Shown: positions 1 to 9,769, numbered from the stretch's first letter. The stretch is 64,000 nucleotides of DNA from an uncultured Pseudomonadota bacterium (GCA_963836235.1 CAWIIP010000002.1:320001-384000), one strand, 5' to 3'. Translations and numbers: made by a program. The notes: generated by a model not told the origin, from the sequence alone.

Positions 1-2
1 AA

Positions 3-122
3 ATAACCTTTTTGGATGATGAAACTTTCTCCTACGACCAGGTGACGAAAATCAAAATCAAAGGCCAGCCGAAAATTTTTGAACACCGAGACAAGAACAC
101 CCTCACACGAGTGAACGCTTAA
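3..122 (+). CDS. 3' end of a CDS entering the window (ITFLDDETFSYDQVTKIKIKGQPKIFEHRDKNTLTRVNA*)
   Basis: Frame 3 is open from the window edge to TAA at 120-122; product unknown. Confidence 0.4.
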   Translation: MTFLDDETFSYDQVTKIKIKGQPKIFEHRDKNTLTRVNA

Positions 123-224
123 CAAATAGTAAAGTGTCCAAGACGGGGACCCGTCGCGGGAAGGTTGTTTTGAAGGCCGGGTTTTAACTCACTCGAAAAT
201 CGGATCGAATATTGGGGGAAGGTT

Positions 225-473
225 ATGAACAAGAAGAAAACGATCCTAGTGGAAAAAATTGAAAAAAAAGAAAGCCCGGCGATGGTAATTTTACGCTCGT
301 ATATAATGCTCGCTATTTTTTTCTTAATTTTAATGTTCGTTTATTCTCATTTGCCAGAAACGAGTCCCTTTGCCAATGGAGTAATTTTTTTACTAATCTT
401 TGTGGCCATTCTCTTTAGTTGGCGTATTTTCTTGAAAATAAGAAGCGTTTTTAAAAAGCAGAAACAATTCTAG
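225..473 (+). CDS. Small two-TM membrane protein
   Basis: GGGGGAAGG RBS upstream; two hydrophobic stretches, basic termini, AT-rich. Confidence 0.6.
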   Translation: MNKKKTILVEKIEKKESPAMVILRSYIMLAIFFLILMFVYSHLPETSPFANGVIFLLIFVAILFSWRIFLKIRSVFKKQKQF

Positions 474-496
474 AAGAATTCCTTGTCTACAACGGG

Positions 497-1189
497 GTGG
501 TGTTTTTGAAAAAACAATTTTTAGCTTTATTTTTTTCTATCTTGCTTTGTCTCACTTCACACGTCTGGAGTAAGGGTTCTCCCCTCAATGCTCCGGGGAC
601 GGTTTTCATCCGTCAAAAAATCTCAGATTTCAAAACCTTTCGCCAAGTCTTCGTCGATCAAAAGCAAAACCTCAAGGACCATGGCTTTTCCGCTTACAGC
701 CTTCATCGGGATTTGAACGATCCCCTGACCTATATCCTGACCCTCAAATGTTCCGATCTGGAAAAGGGCGTGGATTTTGTTAGGTCAGCCAATTTCATGG
801 CCTCCATGGACAAAGCGGGGGGCAAAATCCCAATGGTCTGGTACGGGCTGGATTCGAAAGAGCGGAAATACACCGATCAGCCCAAGATGACGGGTGGCGT
901 CGTGATCGCCCGAAATGAAGTGCGGGACTATAAATTTTGGTTGGACTGCTTCTATAAAGAGGACGGGGGAAAGCACAATCACCCCGGTCGGAAATATAAA
1001 AACAGCAATTACAGCATCCACCATCTGCCGGGTGAACCGGCGGTGGCGATTGTGGTTCACGAAGCCTCCGATGTCTCGAAAGCCCCGGTCTTTATGACTT
1101 CCGACCCCATGAACGGTGAAATGGAAGCCACGGGTGTGATAGGCTTGGAAATCTGGTACGGGATCAATTTGGAAGAAGGTCTGTTTTAA
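497..1189 (+). CDS. Exported protein with two tandem dimeric alpha/beta-barrel (ABM/cyclase-like) repeats
   Basis: Signal-peptide-like N-terminus; two similar halves (ISDFKTF..YSLHRD..SDLEKG..FM..M..AG..VWYG and VRDYKFW..YSIHHL..SDVSKA..FM..M.ATG..IWYG). Confidence 0.65.
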   Translation: MVFLKKQFLALFFSILLCLTSHVWSKGSPLNAPGTVFIRQKISDFKTFRQVFVDQKQNLKDHGFSAYSLHRDLNDPLTYILTLKCSDLEKGVDFVRSANFMASMDKAGGKIPMVWYGLDSKERKYTDQPKMTGGVVIARNEVRDYKFWLDCFYKEDGGKHNHPGRKYKNSNYSIHHLPGEPAVAIVVHEASDVSKAPVFMTSDPMNGEMEATGVIGLEIWYGINLEEGLF

Positions 1190-1215
1190 AAGTCTTAAAA
1201 GCGGAGAAATCGATA

Positions 1216-2001
1216 ATGCAAAACACCGATAAAATCCAACAACCGGTAATGAACAAGCCCCTGACGGTTCCTACCTATTCCAAGTGGACGGAAGACGAAT
1301 TAATGAAACTCAGTGCGAACGAGTTCATGCAAAAGCTTTACCACCGCGCCAAGGATATCGGCGACGACCTCTACGATTCCGAGAAATACGAGTTCTTCAC
1401 CCTGGACCCTGAAGTTTACAGGGAAAACCTAGTCGCTTACATGAGACGTCGGGCTTGGTCTGAGTGGTATTTCGGAACCGTGGCCCAAGCGAGGGAAATC
1501 ACCCTTTTGCCCGAAAACCAGGTTGACCTGAAGTTGCGGCTGGCCAGGCAGATCCAAGATGAAATGCGACATTACGATGTCTTCGCCCAGCAACTTCGCC
1601 GTTTCGGGTCCGAACCCCGCATTTCCGATTTTGTATTGCCTGAAATCCTAGTCCAAATGCAGAAGGTCCAAGTGGAGGCCGAGACGGCTTCGGAAATCGC
1701 CGCCGCCAACCAGTTTGCCGGTGAAATCGTGCTTTCCTCCATGACGGACCTGGAAACCAGCATATTCAAGCGCTTATTCGATGAGGAACTGATGAATGCC
1801 ATTTACGATATTGAGAAAGATGAACCGCCGCATATCGCCAATGGGAAGGACTTGATTCTTTTGGATTGCGGAACTTTCGAGCGGAGGCGGAAATTGGCCT
1901 TGGCCCAGGAAAAGTATCTCGGTTACATGATGCAGTTACACGTCACCGAAATCGTAAAGCTAGGCTGCCGCCGCCTCGGCCCCTTGCCTATTTTTAATTA
2001 A
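1216..2001 (+). CDS. Ferritin-like diiron protein
   Basis: Two ExxH motifs (QDEMRH, KDEPPH) plus upstream Glu residues (WSEW, AGEIV); GGAG RBS. Confidence 0.75.
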   Translation: MQNTDKIQQPVMNKPLTVPTYSKWTEDELMKLSANEFMQKLYHRAKDIGDDLYDSEKYEFFTLDPEVYRENLVAYMRRRAWSEWYFGTVAQAREITLLPENQVDLKLRLARQIQDEMRHYDVFAQQLRRFGSEPRISDFVLPEILVQMQKVQVEAETASEIAAANQFAGEIVLSSMTDLETSIFKRLFDEELMNAIYDIEKDEPPHIANGKDLILLDCGTFERRRKLALAQEKYLGYMMQLHVTEIVKLGCRRLGPLPIFN

Positions 2002-2012
2002 TTCGCCTGACA

Positions 2013-2687
2013 TTACTTGGCCGCGTTGATGAATTCCGTTAGGTGGTTAAAGTAATTCCCCCAAACCGATAAGCCGAACTTAAAACCTGATAACAGTTCT
2101 TCCCATCCACCATTAGTTTCAGCCTCTTTCACCATGATCATAGTGATTTCCTTGACATGGTCTTCCTCCAGCACCAGGTGTTTCTCGAAATATTCCTGGT
2201 CCGCGCCGGGATAGTGGGGTTTCAAGACCTTATAAATGTGGGTCAAAGCGGGCTGAGCCAGATATTCCCCGGCGGCCAGGGCTCCCAGCACAGTCCCGGC
2301 GCTTTCGGCGTTCTTAATATAATTAGACAGACAGGTTCTCCATTCCGAAGCGAAGTCGTTTTCGGAAATGGTGGAAAGGTCGATGCCCGCCGTGGAAAGG
2401 AACTTACGGTAAATGGCATAATGGGTGCGCCGGGTGTCCCCTTCCCCGCATTCCTGATACAAATTCACTGCCAGAACCGAGCGGGATTCCTCGTCCGTCA
2501 TGCGCGCCGCCCCTGCCGCGATCAAAGCCGGAAAACTTTTTACAAGGGCGTCAAAGGTAACGAGGAATTTCCCGCACATCGTCCGGTCGATAAGGCCCTC
2601 TTTCCAAATCACGAAAAACGGACAGTTTTTCATGAAGGTCTCGATTAATCCGTCGAGATCATGCTTTATTTTTTCTTCAGAAATCAT
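2013..2687 (-). CDS. Heme-oxygenase-like diiron oxidase (CADD/TenA/PqqC-like iron-containing redox enzyme)
   Basis: NLYQECG..THYAIY, AGEYLA and YFEKHLVLEEDH ligand pattern. Confidence 0.8.
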   Translation of the reverse strand: MISEEKIKHDLDGLIETFMKNCPFFVIWKEGLIDRTMCGKFLVTFDALVKSFPALIAAGAARMTDEESRSVLAVNLYQECGEGDTRRTHYAIYRKFLSTAGIDLSTISENDFASEWRTCLSNYIKNAESAGTVLGALAAGEYLAQPALTHIYKVLKPHYPGADQEYFEKHLVLEEDHVKEITMIMVKEAETNGGWEELLSGFKFGLSVWGNYFNHLTEFINAAK

Positions 2688-2797
2688 CTTAGAAAGCCTT
2701 TTTCAGAACCAGTTTTAGAAACCTAGTATAAACTGAGTCGGATTTATTGACCCCCACTATGTTTTAGAGTTCAAATAGCGCAAAGGCGGAAATCAAA

Positions 2798-3850
2798 ATG
2801 ATAAGACCCCGAAAGCACCTGGAAAAACTAACCCGTCATAAACAAAATTGGGACACCCGCGCCGATTTCCTACGGCTGGATCTCAATGAAATTGTTCCCC
2901 ATATAGATGAGAAGGCCTTTCATCAAATGATGGGGGCGATCAAACCCTGGATGGTTTCGGCCTACACCGATACGAACCCGGTCTATGCGGCCTTGTCTCA
3001 TTCCCTGAAAATGTCGGAAGATCATTTAATCCTGACCAACGGCGCCGACGCGGGCATCCGGCAGGTGTTGGAGGTCTTTTGCGATCCGGGGGATGAAATC
3101 CTTACCCCCTACCCCACTTACGAGTTTTACCGAATCTACGTTGAAATTCTCAATTTAAAGTGCGTAAAGGTTAAGTACTCGAAAGAATTCGAGATTTCGA
3201 TTGGCGAAATTCTTAACAACATCAGGCCCGCTACGAAAGTCATCGCCATCGCCAATCCCAACGGCGTCATTGGGTGCGTCATGGAGGCCCACGATTTGGA
3301 GCTGGTCATTGATAAAGCCTCGGCCAACGGAACCATCGTGCTCCTGGACGAGGCCTACGTCGAATTTTATGGGGATTCTTGGATCAACCGCGTGGATGAA
3401 TTTGATAATTTGATCGTGCTCCGCACCTTCTCCAAAGCCGGGGGGCTGGCCGGACTCCGCTTCGGCTATATCGCCACAAACCCGGAAGTCCGTCAGTGGC
3501 TGTATAAAACCATCCCTAACGTGGAAATCAACAGCATCGCCGCCTGCGCTGGCCGGTATTTGATGGAAAACCCGCAAGTAATCAGCTCCGCCGTTCAGAA
3601 GACTTTGGAGGGCAAAAGCTACTTCATCCAGGCCCTCAAGGAATTAGGGTTGGGCGGCTACGCCGGGCATGCCAATTTCATTCTCGTGAAATTTGGTGAA
3701 AAACGAAAAAATATTTTAGAAGCTTTCACCCATGAAAAAATAAGGGTGAAGGATTTCGCGGGTGATGAACTTTTGGATGAATACACCCGAATCACGCTTG
3801 GGCCAAAAGAATATATGGAGAAGGTAGTGGAAATCATCAAGGGTATTTAA
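2798..3850 (+). CDS. PLP-dependent aminotransferase class I/II (HisC-like)
   Basis: LDLNE, TNGAD, ANPNG, LDEAY and RTFSKAGGLAGLRFGY motifs. Confidence 0.88.
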   Translation: MIRPRKHLEKLTRHKQNWDTRADFLRLDLNEIVPHIDEKAFHQMMGAIKPWMVSAYTDTNPVYAALSHSLKMSEDHLILTNGADAGIRQVLEVFCDPGDEILTPYPTYEFYRIYVEILNLKCVKVKYSKEFEISIGEILNNIRPATKVIAIANPNGVIGCVMEAHDLELVIDKASANGTIVLLDEAYVEFYGDSWINRVDEFDNLIVLRTFSKAGGLAGLRFGYIATNPEVRQWLYKTIPNVEINSIAACAGRYLMENPQVISSAVQKTLEGKSYFIQALKELGLGGYAGHANFILVKFGEKRKNILEAFTHEKIRVKDFAGDELLDEYTRITLGPKEYMEKVVEIIKGI

Positions 3851-3918
3851 AGACAACAAGAACTCTTTGAACCGCAAAGACACTAGAAACAGCTAAAAAC
3901 AAAGAGGTTCAAATTAGG

Positions 3919-4872
3919 ATGAGAATACAAATTTCAGTTTTGATTTTCTTGATGCCTTGGTGCTTTGGTGATTCAAATTTTTTTCTTTGGGCTGGCGATG
4001 TTCCCACCACTCCATCCCCCCTATCTCATCCCTATTTGGCCCAATGGGGCGGCTCGGGCCCGGGCAAGGGGCAATTGTGGGGCGCCTTTGGAATCGCCGT
4101 GAATCAAAGCGGAAACGTCTACGTGGCCGATTATGTCAATGACCGCATTGAAGTGTTCGATTCCTTCGGGGCTTATGTCAACCAATGGGGCAGTAAAGGC
4201 AACGGAAGCCTACAATTCCACCACGCTTTGGGCGTGGCGGTGGATTCCAAGCAAAATGTCTATGTCGCGGATACCCTGAACGACCAAATCAAAAAATTCG
4301 ATTCCTCCGGCGTCTATATCACCGAGTGGGGGGGATATGGGGACAGCAAAGGCCAGCTTTTCAATCCCACTTCTCTTTCGACGGACAAGGCCGATAACGT
4401 CTATGTCGTGGATTCGGCCAACAACCGCGTCCAAGAGTTCACTTCCGTCGGAGTCTATTTAAACGGCTGGGGCGGGCTGGGCAAGGATGAGGGCCAATTC
4501 GATTCCCCCAATAGTGTCGCGCTGGACTCTACTGGAAATGTCTACATTTCGGATTTTCACAATAACCGCGTTGAGAAATTCACCGCTTCCGGAGCCTTCC
4601 TCACCCAATGGGGAAAGATCGGTAATGAGAATGGACAATTTAGCGGTCCGGATGGAATCGCCATCGACGGCAAGGATCATGTATATGTGGTGGATTCGGA
4701 CAACAACCGTGTTGAGGAGTTCACTTCCGCCGGAACCTATTTGACCCAATGGGGCGCATCCGGCAAGGGCGATGGCCAATTTTCCATGCCCGCAGGCGTT
4801 GCCGTAGATAACAAGGGCAACCTCTATGTTGTGGACTGGGGCGCCGACCGCATAGAGAAGTTCGGGCCCTAA
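3919..4872 (+). CDS. Secreted NHL-repeat beta-propeller protein
   Basis: Six repeats of GQF..P.GIAVD..GNVYV.D..NNRVEKF; hydrophobic N-terminus. Confidence 0.9.
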   Translation: MRIQISVLIFLMPWCFGDSNFFLWAGDVPTTPSPLSHPYLAQWGGSGPGKGQLWGAFGIAVNQSGNVYVADYVNDRIEVFDSFGAYVNQWGSKGNGSLQFHHALGVAVDSKQNVYVADTLNDQIKKFDSSGVYITEWGGYGDSKGQLFNPTSLSTDKADNVYVVDSANNRVQEFTSVGVYLNGWGGLGKDEGQFDSPNSVALDSTGNVYISDFHNNRVEKFTASGAFLTQWGKIGNENGQFSGPDGIAIDGKDHVYVVDSDNNRVEEFTSAGTYLTQWGASGKGDGQFSMPAGVAVDNKGNLYVVDWGADRIEKFGP

Positions 4873-4898
4873 TAGAATTTTGCCCTAAAACGCAAATG

Positions 4899-4922
4899 CG
4901 GGGCGGTAAGTTACCCGCCCCT
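4899..4922. terminator. Hairpin between convergent genes (probable terminator)
   Basis: GGGGCGG-loop-CCGCCCC inverted repeat. Confidence 0.5.
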
Positions 4923-4950
4923 CATTATCCAACCCATTATCCTTCAAACT

Positions 4951-6861
4951 TTACTGAGGCCGAAATCCACCTGGCCTTGGTTTTCCCGGTCCAGACCTTT
5001 TAAAGCCGCCCTTGGGATGGAAATTCCCAGGACGGTGTTCTCCCCCCGGACGACCCCCACTGAAGGAGCGCTCACCCGGGCGGTGTTCGGAACGATGCTG
5101 ACCATCCCGGGCAAAAGGCCGGGGGCCGCTATGGGGTCTCTCCCCTTGTGACGGCCTGCGGTGCGGAGCGCCGCTGGGGCCATTGAACCCGCCTTCCCGA
5201 CGGAAACCGGAACGGTCCTGGAAACCACCACGGCTCTGCCCGGGGCGACCTTCCCTACGGTATCCACCGCGATCCTCACGGGGAAAGGGGCGGCTGGGAG
5301 AAGAGGGCCTTCCTCCTCCCATGAATTTCTGGCCCATTCGTTGAATAAAGCCCACGGGCTTTCCCCAATTGCGGGATTCGTTCGACATCGGCTGTTTCTC
5401 ATCGGCTTCATCAAAAGGCGTGGCGGCATTGGCCGGCGCCTCTTCCCTCGGAGCTTGGAATCTTTCCTGGTGCATTTGCGATCTCTGCTGGTGCCTTCCA
5501 TCCGGATGGCGATTTTTCTGACGGAAATCCTGCGACTGGGAATCCCGGTGTCCGCCTTGGAACCCACGGTTTTCCTGCTCCCGCTGAGGGGGGCGGCCAT
5601 GGGAAGGACTATGAGGCGCCCGGCCTGGATGGGGGCCGGAAGGCCTGCCTCCGGGTGCCCGGTTATGCCTTTGAGGCCCGTGCGACGAGGGGCGGTGCCC
5701 CTGGGAGTGGCTCGAAGCCGACCCTTCCTTAGGAGCGGTGAAGCCAAAATGGGAAGGCTTGACTTCGATGGTTTCCTTGTTGGCACCCATCAGTTTCAAG
5801 ATTCTTCCCCATAATTCCCGGTCCTCGGGAGTCAGGAAACACAAGGCTTCGCCTTCGGCCCCCGCCCTGGCGGTGCGGCCCACGCGATGAATATAGTCTT
5901 CCGGGTTGCGGGGCAGATCATAGTTGATCACATGGGCGATATGGTGGATATCCAAACCCCGGGCCGCGATGTCCGTGGCCACCAGGATGAGGAACTTCCC
6001 TTCCCGGAACTGGTCGATAGCCTGGCGCCTTTGGGATTGGGTGCGGCCCCCGTGGATACGGGTGACCTTGAGGCCCTCTTCCTTGAGGCGGTTCATGACG
6101 CGGTCCACCCGATGTTGGGTACGGGTAAAAATGAGGATCGAGCCCTGCCTTTCCTTCAGTTCGGCGGAAAGCTCCTCAGGTTTCTTCGCTTCGGTGGTGT
6201 AGAGAATCTTCTGGGCGATCTTCTGAAGGGGCTGGGTGGTGGAACCAATGGTGATGCGCACCGGGTTTTTCAAATACTTCGAGGCCATCTGTTGGATATT
6301 GTTTGGGATGGTGGCGGAGAAAAGAAGAGTCTGGCGCTCCCCTGTCAGCCTCTTGCGGATTTCATCCAATTGGGGCGCGAAACCCATGTCCAGCATGCGA
6401 TCCGCCTCGTCCAAAACGAGGAAGCCCGTGTGGCTCAGGTTCAAGGACCCGCGGTTGAGATGGTCGATCACCCGGCCCGGCGTGCCGATAACGAGCCGGG
6501 GCTTGCGGGTAAGCTGGGTGAATTGGGTGCTCATGTTGGCGCCACCGATAAGAAGCACGGACCCACCCAAATGATGGGTACCGCTGAGTTTGCGCAGTAC
6601 TTCCTGCACCTGCACGGCCAGTTCCCGAGTAGGAGTCAAAATGAGCGCGGTCTTGTCCTTATGTTTTTCCAGGTAATTGAGAAGGGGAATGCCGAAGGCG
6701 GCGGTCTTTCCCGTACCCGTTTGGGCGGAGGCGATGACGTCCTTGCCTTCCAATCCCGGCGGGATGGCCTGCGCCTGTACCGGCGTGGGCTTTTCGAAAT
6801 TCATCTGCTTGATGGAGTGCGCTAAAAACTCGGGCAATCCTAACTCTTGAAAACTTTCCAT
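4951..6861 (-). CDS. DEAD-box RNA helicase with a long R/G/P/H-rich disordered C-terminal tail
   Basis: Q-motif, AQTGTGKT, PTRELA, DEAD, SAT, ARGLD and HRVGRTAR motifs. Confidence 0.96.
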   Translation of the reverse strand: MESFQELGLPEFLAHSIKQMNFEKPTPVQAQAIPPGLEGKDVIASAQTGTGKTAAFGIPLLNYLEKHKDKTALILTPTRELAVQVQEVLRKLSGTHHLGGSVLLIGGANMSTQFTQLTRKPRLVIGTPGRVIDHLNRGSLNLSHTGFLVLDEADRMLDMGFAPQLDEIRKRLTGERQTLLFSATIPNNIQQMASKYLKNPVRITIGSTTQPLQKIAQKILYTTEAKKPEELSAELKERQGSILIFTRTQHRVDRVMNRLKEEGLKVTRIHGGRTQSQRRQAIDQFREGKFLILVATDIAARGLDIHHIAHVINYDLPRNPEDYIHRVGRTARAGAEGEALCFLTPEDRELWGRILKLMGANKETIEVKPSHFGFTAPKEGSASSHSQGHRPSSHGPQRHNRAPGGRPSGPHPGRAPHSPSHGRPPQREQENRGFQGGHRDSQSQDFRQKNRHPDGRHQQRSQMHQERFQAPREEAPANAATPFDEADEKQPMSNESRNWGKPVGFIQRMGQKFMGGGRPSSPSRPFPREDRGGYRREGRPGQSRGGFQDRSGFRREGGFNGPSGAPHRRPSQGERPHSGPRPFARDGQHRSEHRPGERSFSGGRPGGEHRPGNFHPKGGFKRSGPGKPRPGGFRPQ

Positions 6862-7279
6862 TTTTTTCCTTTTTAATGGGCTGTTGTTGCGAAGAATGTC
6901 CGGTGAATAAAGGACAGCGACGAAGCAACCCCAGTTTAAAAAGACCGATCAACTTGGATGGCTTAGGCCGGTCCTGTTTTGATAAAAACAGGCCACGGCG
7001 ATCGCAAAAGCAGCGTTTAATTTTTATTTTGGAATGAATCGGGGGAAATATAAGGATTGAAACTCCGTCACGCTATTTCTGCGGTGCCTATCGGCTGCCG
7101 CCACCCCGTGACGTCAATGAAGAAGGGTAACCAAATACATTCGGTACAGCGCACATACAATAACTTAAAAAGCTCTTTTTGGGGAAGATTCTTTCGTTTT
7201 CCACCATTTTAGATTTTGGTTCAGGAGCCGTCTTTTCATCGAAACTTCTATGATAAACTTGCCTTGATCATCACTAAAC

Positions 7280-9664
7280 ATGGATAAAGCCATCAAAAAG
7301 TTCTTTTTCTTCCTCACAATACTTCTCATGGGTAACAACCTCCGGGCGGCTACCATCACTTTTACCGTCAACGCGGGGGCTGCCGGTTTGACCATCCCTC
7401 CTTATACCTATGGCTCTAACGATCTCATCACCAATAATCCGACCACCGTCACTACCCCAACCGTAATCCTTGTTCACGGAATCCCACTGTATCGTCAGGG
7501 TGGTAATCGCCTGACCGCCTACAATTGGGAAAACAACGCCTCCAACGCCGGAACCGACTACGGTCCCAATCATGAGGATTGGTACATGGTGCCCAATGGA
7601 GTGACGCCTCCGGGAATGCCTGCCACGACCTTAACGACATTCATTGCCGGTAATAACGCCCTCAATGCCGCTTCCTTGGTCACCCTGCAAATGGCAGGCT
7701 ACGTTTCGGCCGATGGTAATTGTAATTGCGACGTGACGGAAACCGGGGCGGCAGACACCAGCGGAACCTATTGGAAGGCCGTCAGTTTTACCGGAAGTGC
7801 TCTGACAGGGACCACCGCGCCTGTCACCACCGACAAGGTTGTCTATATGAACGAAGAAATGTCCTATCTTTTAGCCACCGTGGGCGGAGCCAATTCGGGT
7901 GGCGCCAAGTTTTACGACCTGGATAACGAACCGGCCCTTTGGAATAGCACCCATCCCCTGGTCCATCCCAGCCAAGCCGCCTGCACTGAGGTGGCCGGGA
8001 AAGGCATCAGTCTCTCTACTGTTATCACCGCCGCCGATTCTAATGCCCAGGTTTTGGGGCCGGTCGCTTATGGCTGGAGTGAATACGTGAATAACCAAGG
8101 GGCGCCGGACGATAGCCCGACCTTGAATGCCTATTCAGGCAATCCCAATATTATCGCCTACCTGGATTATTACCTGGCCACGATGAAAACCGCCTCGAAC
8201 ACCGCAGGCCGGCGGCTATTGCATTATCTGGATTTACACTGGTATCCAGAAGCTACAGGATTGGACGCAGGTACCGCCGTACGCATCACCAATGACGATA
8301 CGACCTATGGAGTGGCGGTAGCCCGCATGCAAGCCCCCCGCAGCCTCTGGGACCCGACTTACACGGAAACGAGCTGGATCGCGCAGGATTCCACAGGCGG
8401 CCCCATTACTCTGATCCCCCGCCTTCAGTCCGCTGTCAGCCAATATTATCCCGGCACGGGACTCTCTTTCTCCGAATACCAATATGGATCGGGCGAGGAT
8501 ATTTCAGGCGGCGTGGCCCAAGCGGACGCGTTGGGAGTCTTCGGCCAATATGGCGCCATTGCCTGCCGGTGGGACGACGGGACGAACAACACCTACGTTG
8601 CCGCCGCCTATAACCTTTACTTGAATTACAACGGAGCCGGGGCCAGCTTCGGCAACCTTTCCATCCCCGCCACTAGTTCCAGCGTATCCTTGATGTCGGC
8701 TTACGCCTCGCGAAGCGCCGTCTCCCCCAACATGATCTGGGTGGTGGTGATCAACCGCGATTTCCCCAGCCCCGGTACCGCCGTCACCGACACGGGCAGT
8801 TTCAGCATCAATAATTTGGCCGGGGGGCAGTCCATCGCTTCCATCCGGGCCTATCGATTCGATCCCACCCACTCCTCCCCCACCAGTGTTGCGGCTCCCT
8901 CTTTCACCACGAATACCTTTACGGACAGTTCCATCCCTGGACGTTCGGGAACCCTTTACGAAATTACCTTGAACCAATACACGCCCACCCCCAGCAATAC
9001 CGCCACTTCCACACCCACAGCCACCCACAGCTCAACGCCGACATCCTCCCCGACATTCACCTCCAGTCCCACGGCAACCAACAGCCCCACCCCAACGTCC
9101 ACTTCGACGGTTTGTACCGACGGATCGGGAAACACCTGTACCTTTACTTCCACCTTTACCGCAACGAACACTTTTACGACAACCGCCACCCCGACCTGGA
9201 CCGCCTCACCGACCGTGACATCTACCTTCACTTCAACTCCCACTTTTACTTCTACCGCGACCCCGACCAACAGCTTCACCCCCACCCACACTTACACTCC
9301 CACTTCTTCGCCGACCGTCACTTCAACACCGACAATTACCTTTACCCCCACCATCACCCCAACCACCTTCAACGGCCCTCCCATTGGCGGCCTATTCATT
9401 TACCCCAATCCAGTTTACGGTTCTGGCCCGGTGAGTATCCAGTTCGCTTTGAATGGCTCGGCGGGACAGGTGAATCTGAAACTCTTCACAACGGCTTTTA
9501 GAAAAGTGAGGGAATCCTCGTTACAAAACACTCCGGCAGGCCTGGTCCAAACCCAATTGAATATGGTGGACGACCATGGCACCCCCTTGGCCAATGGCCT
9601 TTATTACTTGGTGATTACCGCCCCCCAAGGCCATGTCGTCGGTAAAATCATTAACCTCCAATAA
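7280..9664 (+). CDS. Secreted GH44-family endoglucanase with Thr/Pro linker and T9SS-like C-terminal domain
   Basis: RQGGNRLTAYNWENNASNAGTD, LDNEPALWNSTHP, LDLHWYPE and FSEY motifs; CTD YPNP..FTTAFRKV..LANGLYY. Confidence 0.88.
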   Translation: MDKAIKKFFFFLTILLMGNNLRAATITFTVNAGAAGLTIPPYTYGSNDLITNNPTTVTTPTVILVHGIPLYRQGGNRLTAYNWENNASNAGTDYGPNHEDWYMVPNGVTPPGMPATTLTTFIAGNNALNAASLVTLQMAGYVSADGNCNCDVTETGAADTSGTYWKAVSFTGSALTGTTAPVTTDKVVYMNEEMSYLLATVGGANSGGAKFYDLDNEPALWNSTHPLVHPSQAACTEVAGKGISLSTVITAADSNAQVLGPVAYGWSEYVNNQGAPDDSPTLNAYSGNPNIIAYLDYYLATMKTASNTAGRRLLHYLDLHWYPEATGLDAGTAVRITNDDTTYGVAVARMQAPRSLWDPTYTETSWIAQDSTGGPITLIPRLQSAVSQYYPGTGLSFSEYQYGSGEDISGGVAQADALGVFGQYGAIACRWDDGTNNTYVAAAYNLYLNYNGAGASFGNLSIPATSSSVSLMSAYASRSAVSPNMIWVVVINRDFPSPGTAVTDTGSFSINNLAGGQSIASIRAYRFDPTHSSPTSVAAPSFTTNTFTDSSIPGRSGTLYEITLNQYTPTPSNTATSTPTATHSSTPTSSPTFTSSPTATNSPTPTSTSTVCTDGSGNTCTFTSTFTATNTFTTTATPTWTASPTVTSTFTSTPTFTSTATPTNSFTPTHTYTPTSSPTVTSTPTITFTPTITPTTFNGPPIGGLFIYPNPVYGSGPVSIQFALNGSAGQVNLKLFTTAFRKVRESSLQNTPAGLVQTQLNMVDDHGTPLANGLYYLVITAPQGHVVGKIINLQ

Positions 9665-9769
9665 AAAGCAACTCTCTATTTATTCCCGCCATTTTAAAGA
9701 TTTATCAACCTTTTGGCGTCATGAACACGTCCAATAGAGGCGAGCAAATCCACTTTGAGGAGAGGAACA

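Noticed and set aside
2798-3850. Assigning the symbol hisC
   Set aside because: The family motifs are clear but there is no his operon context, so the substrate is unknown.
4944-6825. Long alternative-frame and antisense ORFs over the helicase (280, 217 and 312 aa)
   Set aside because: They are shadows of a GC-rich coding region and have no recognisable motifs.
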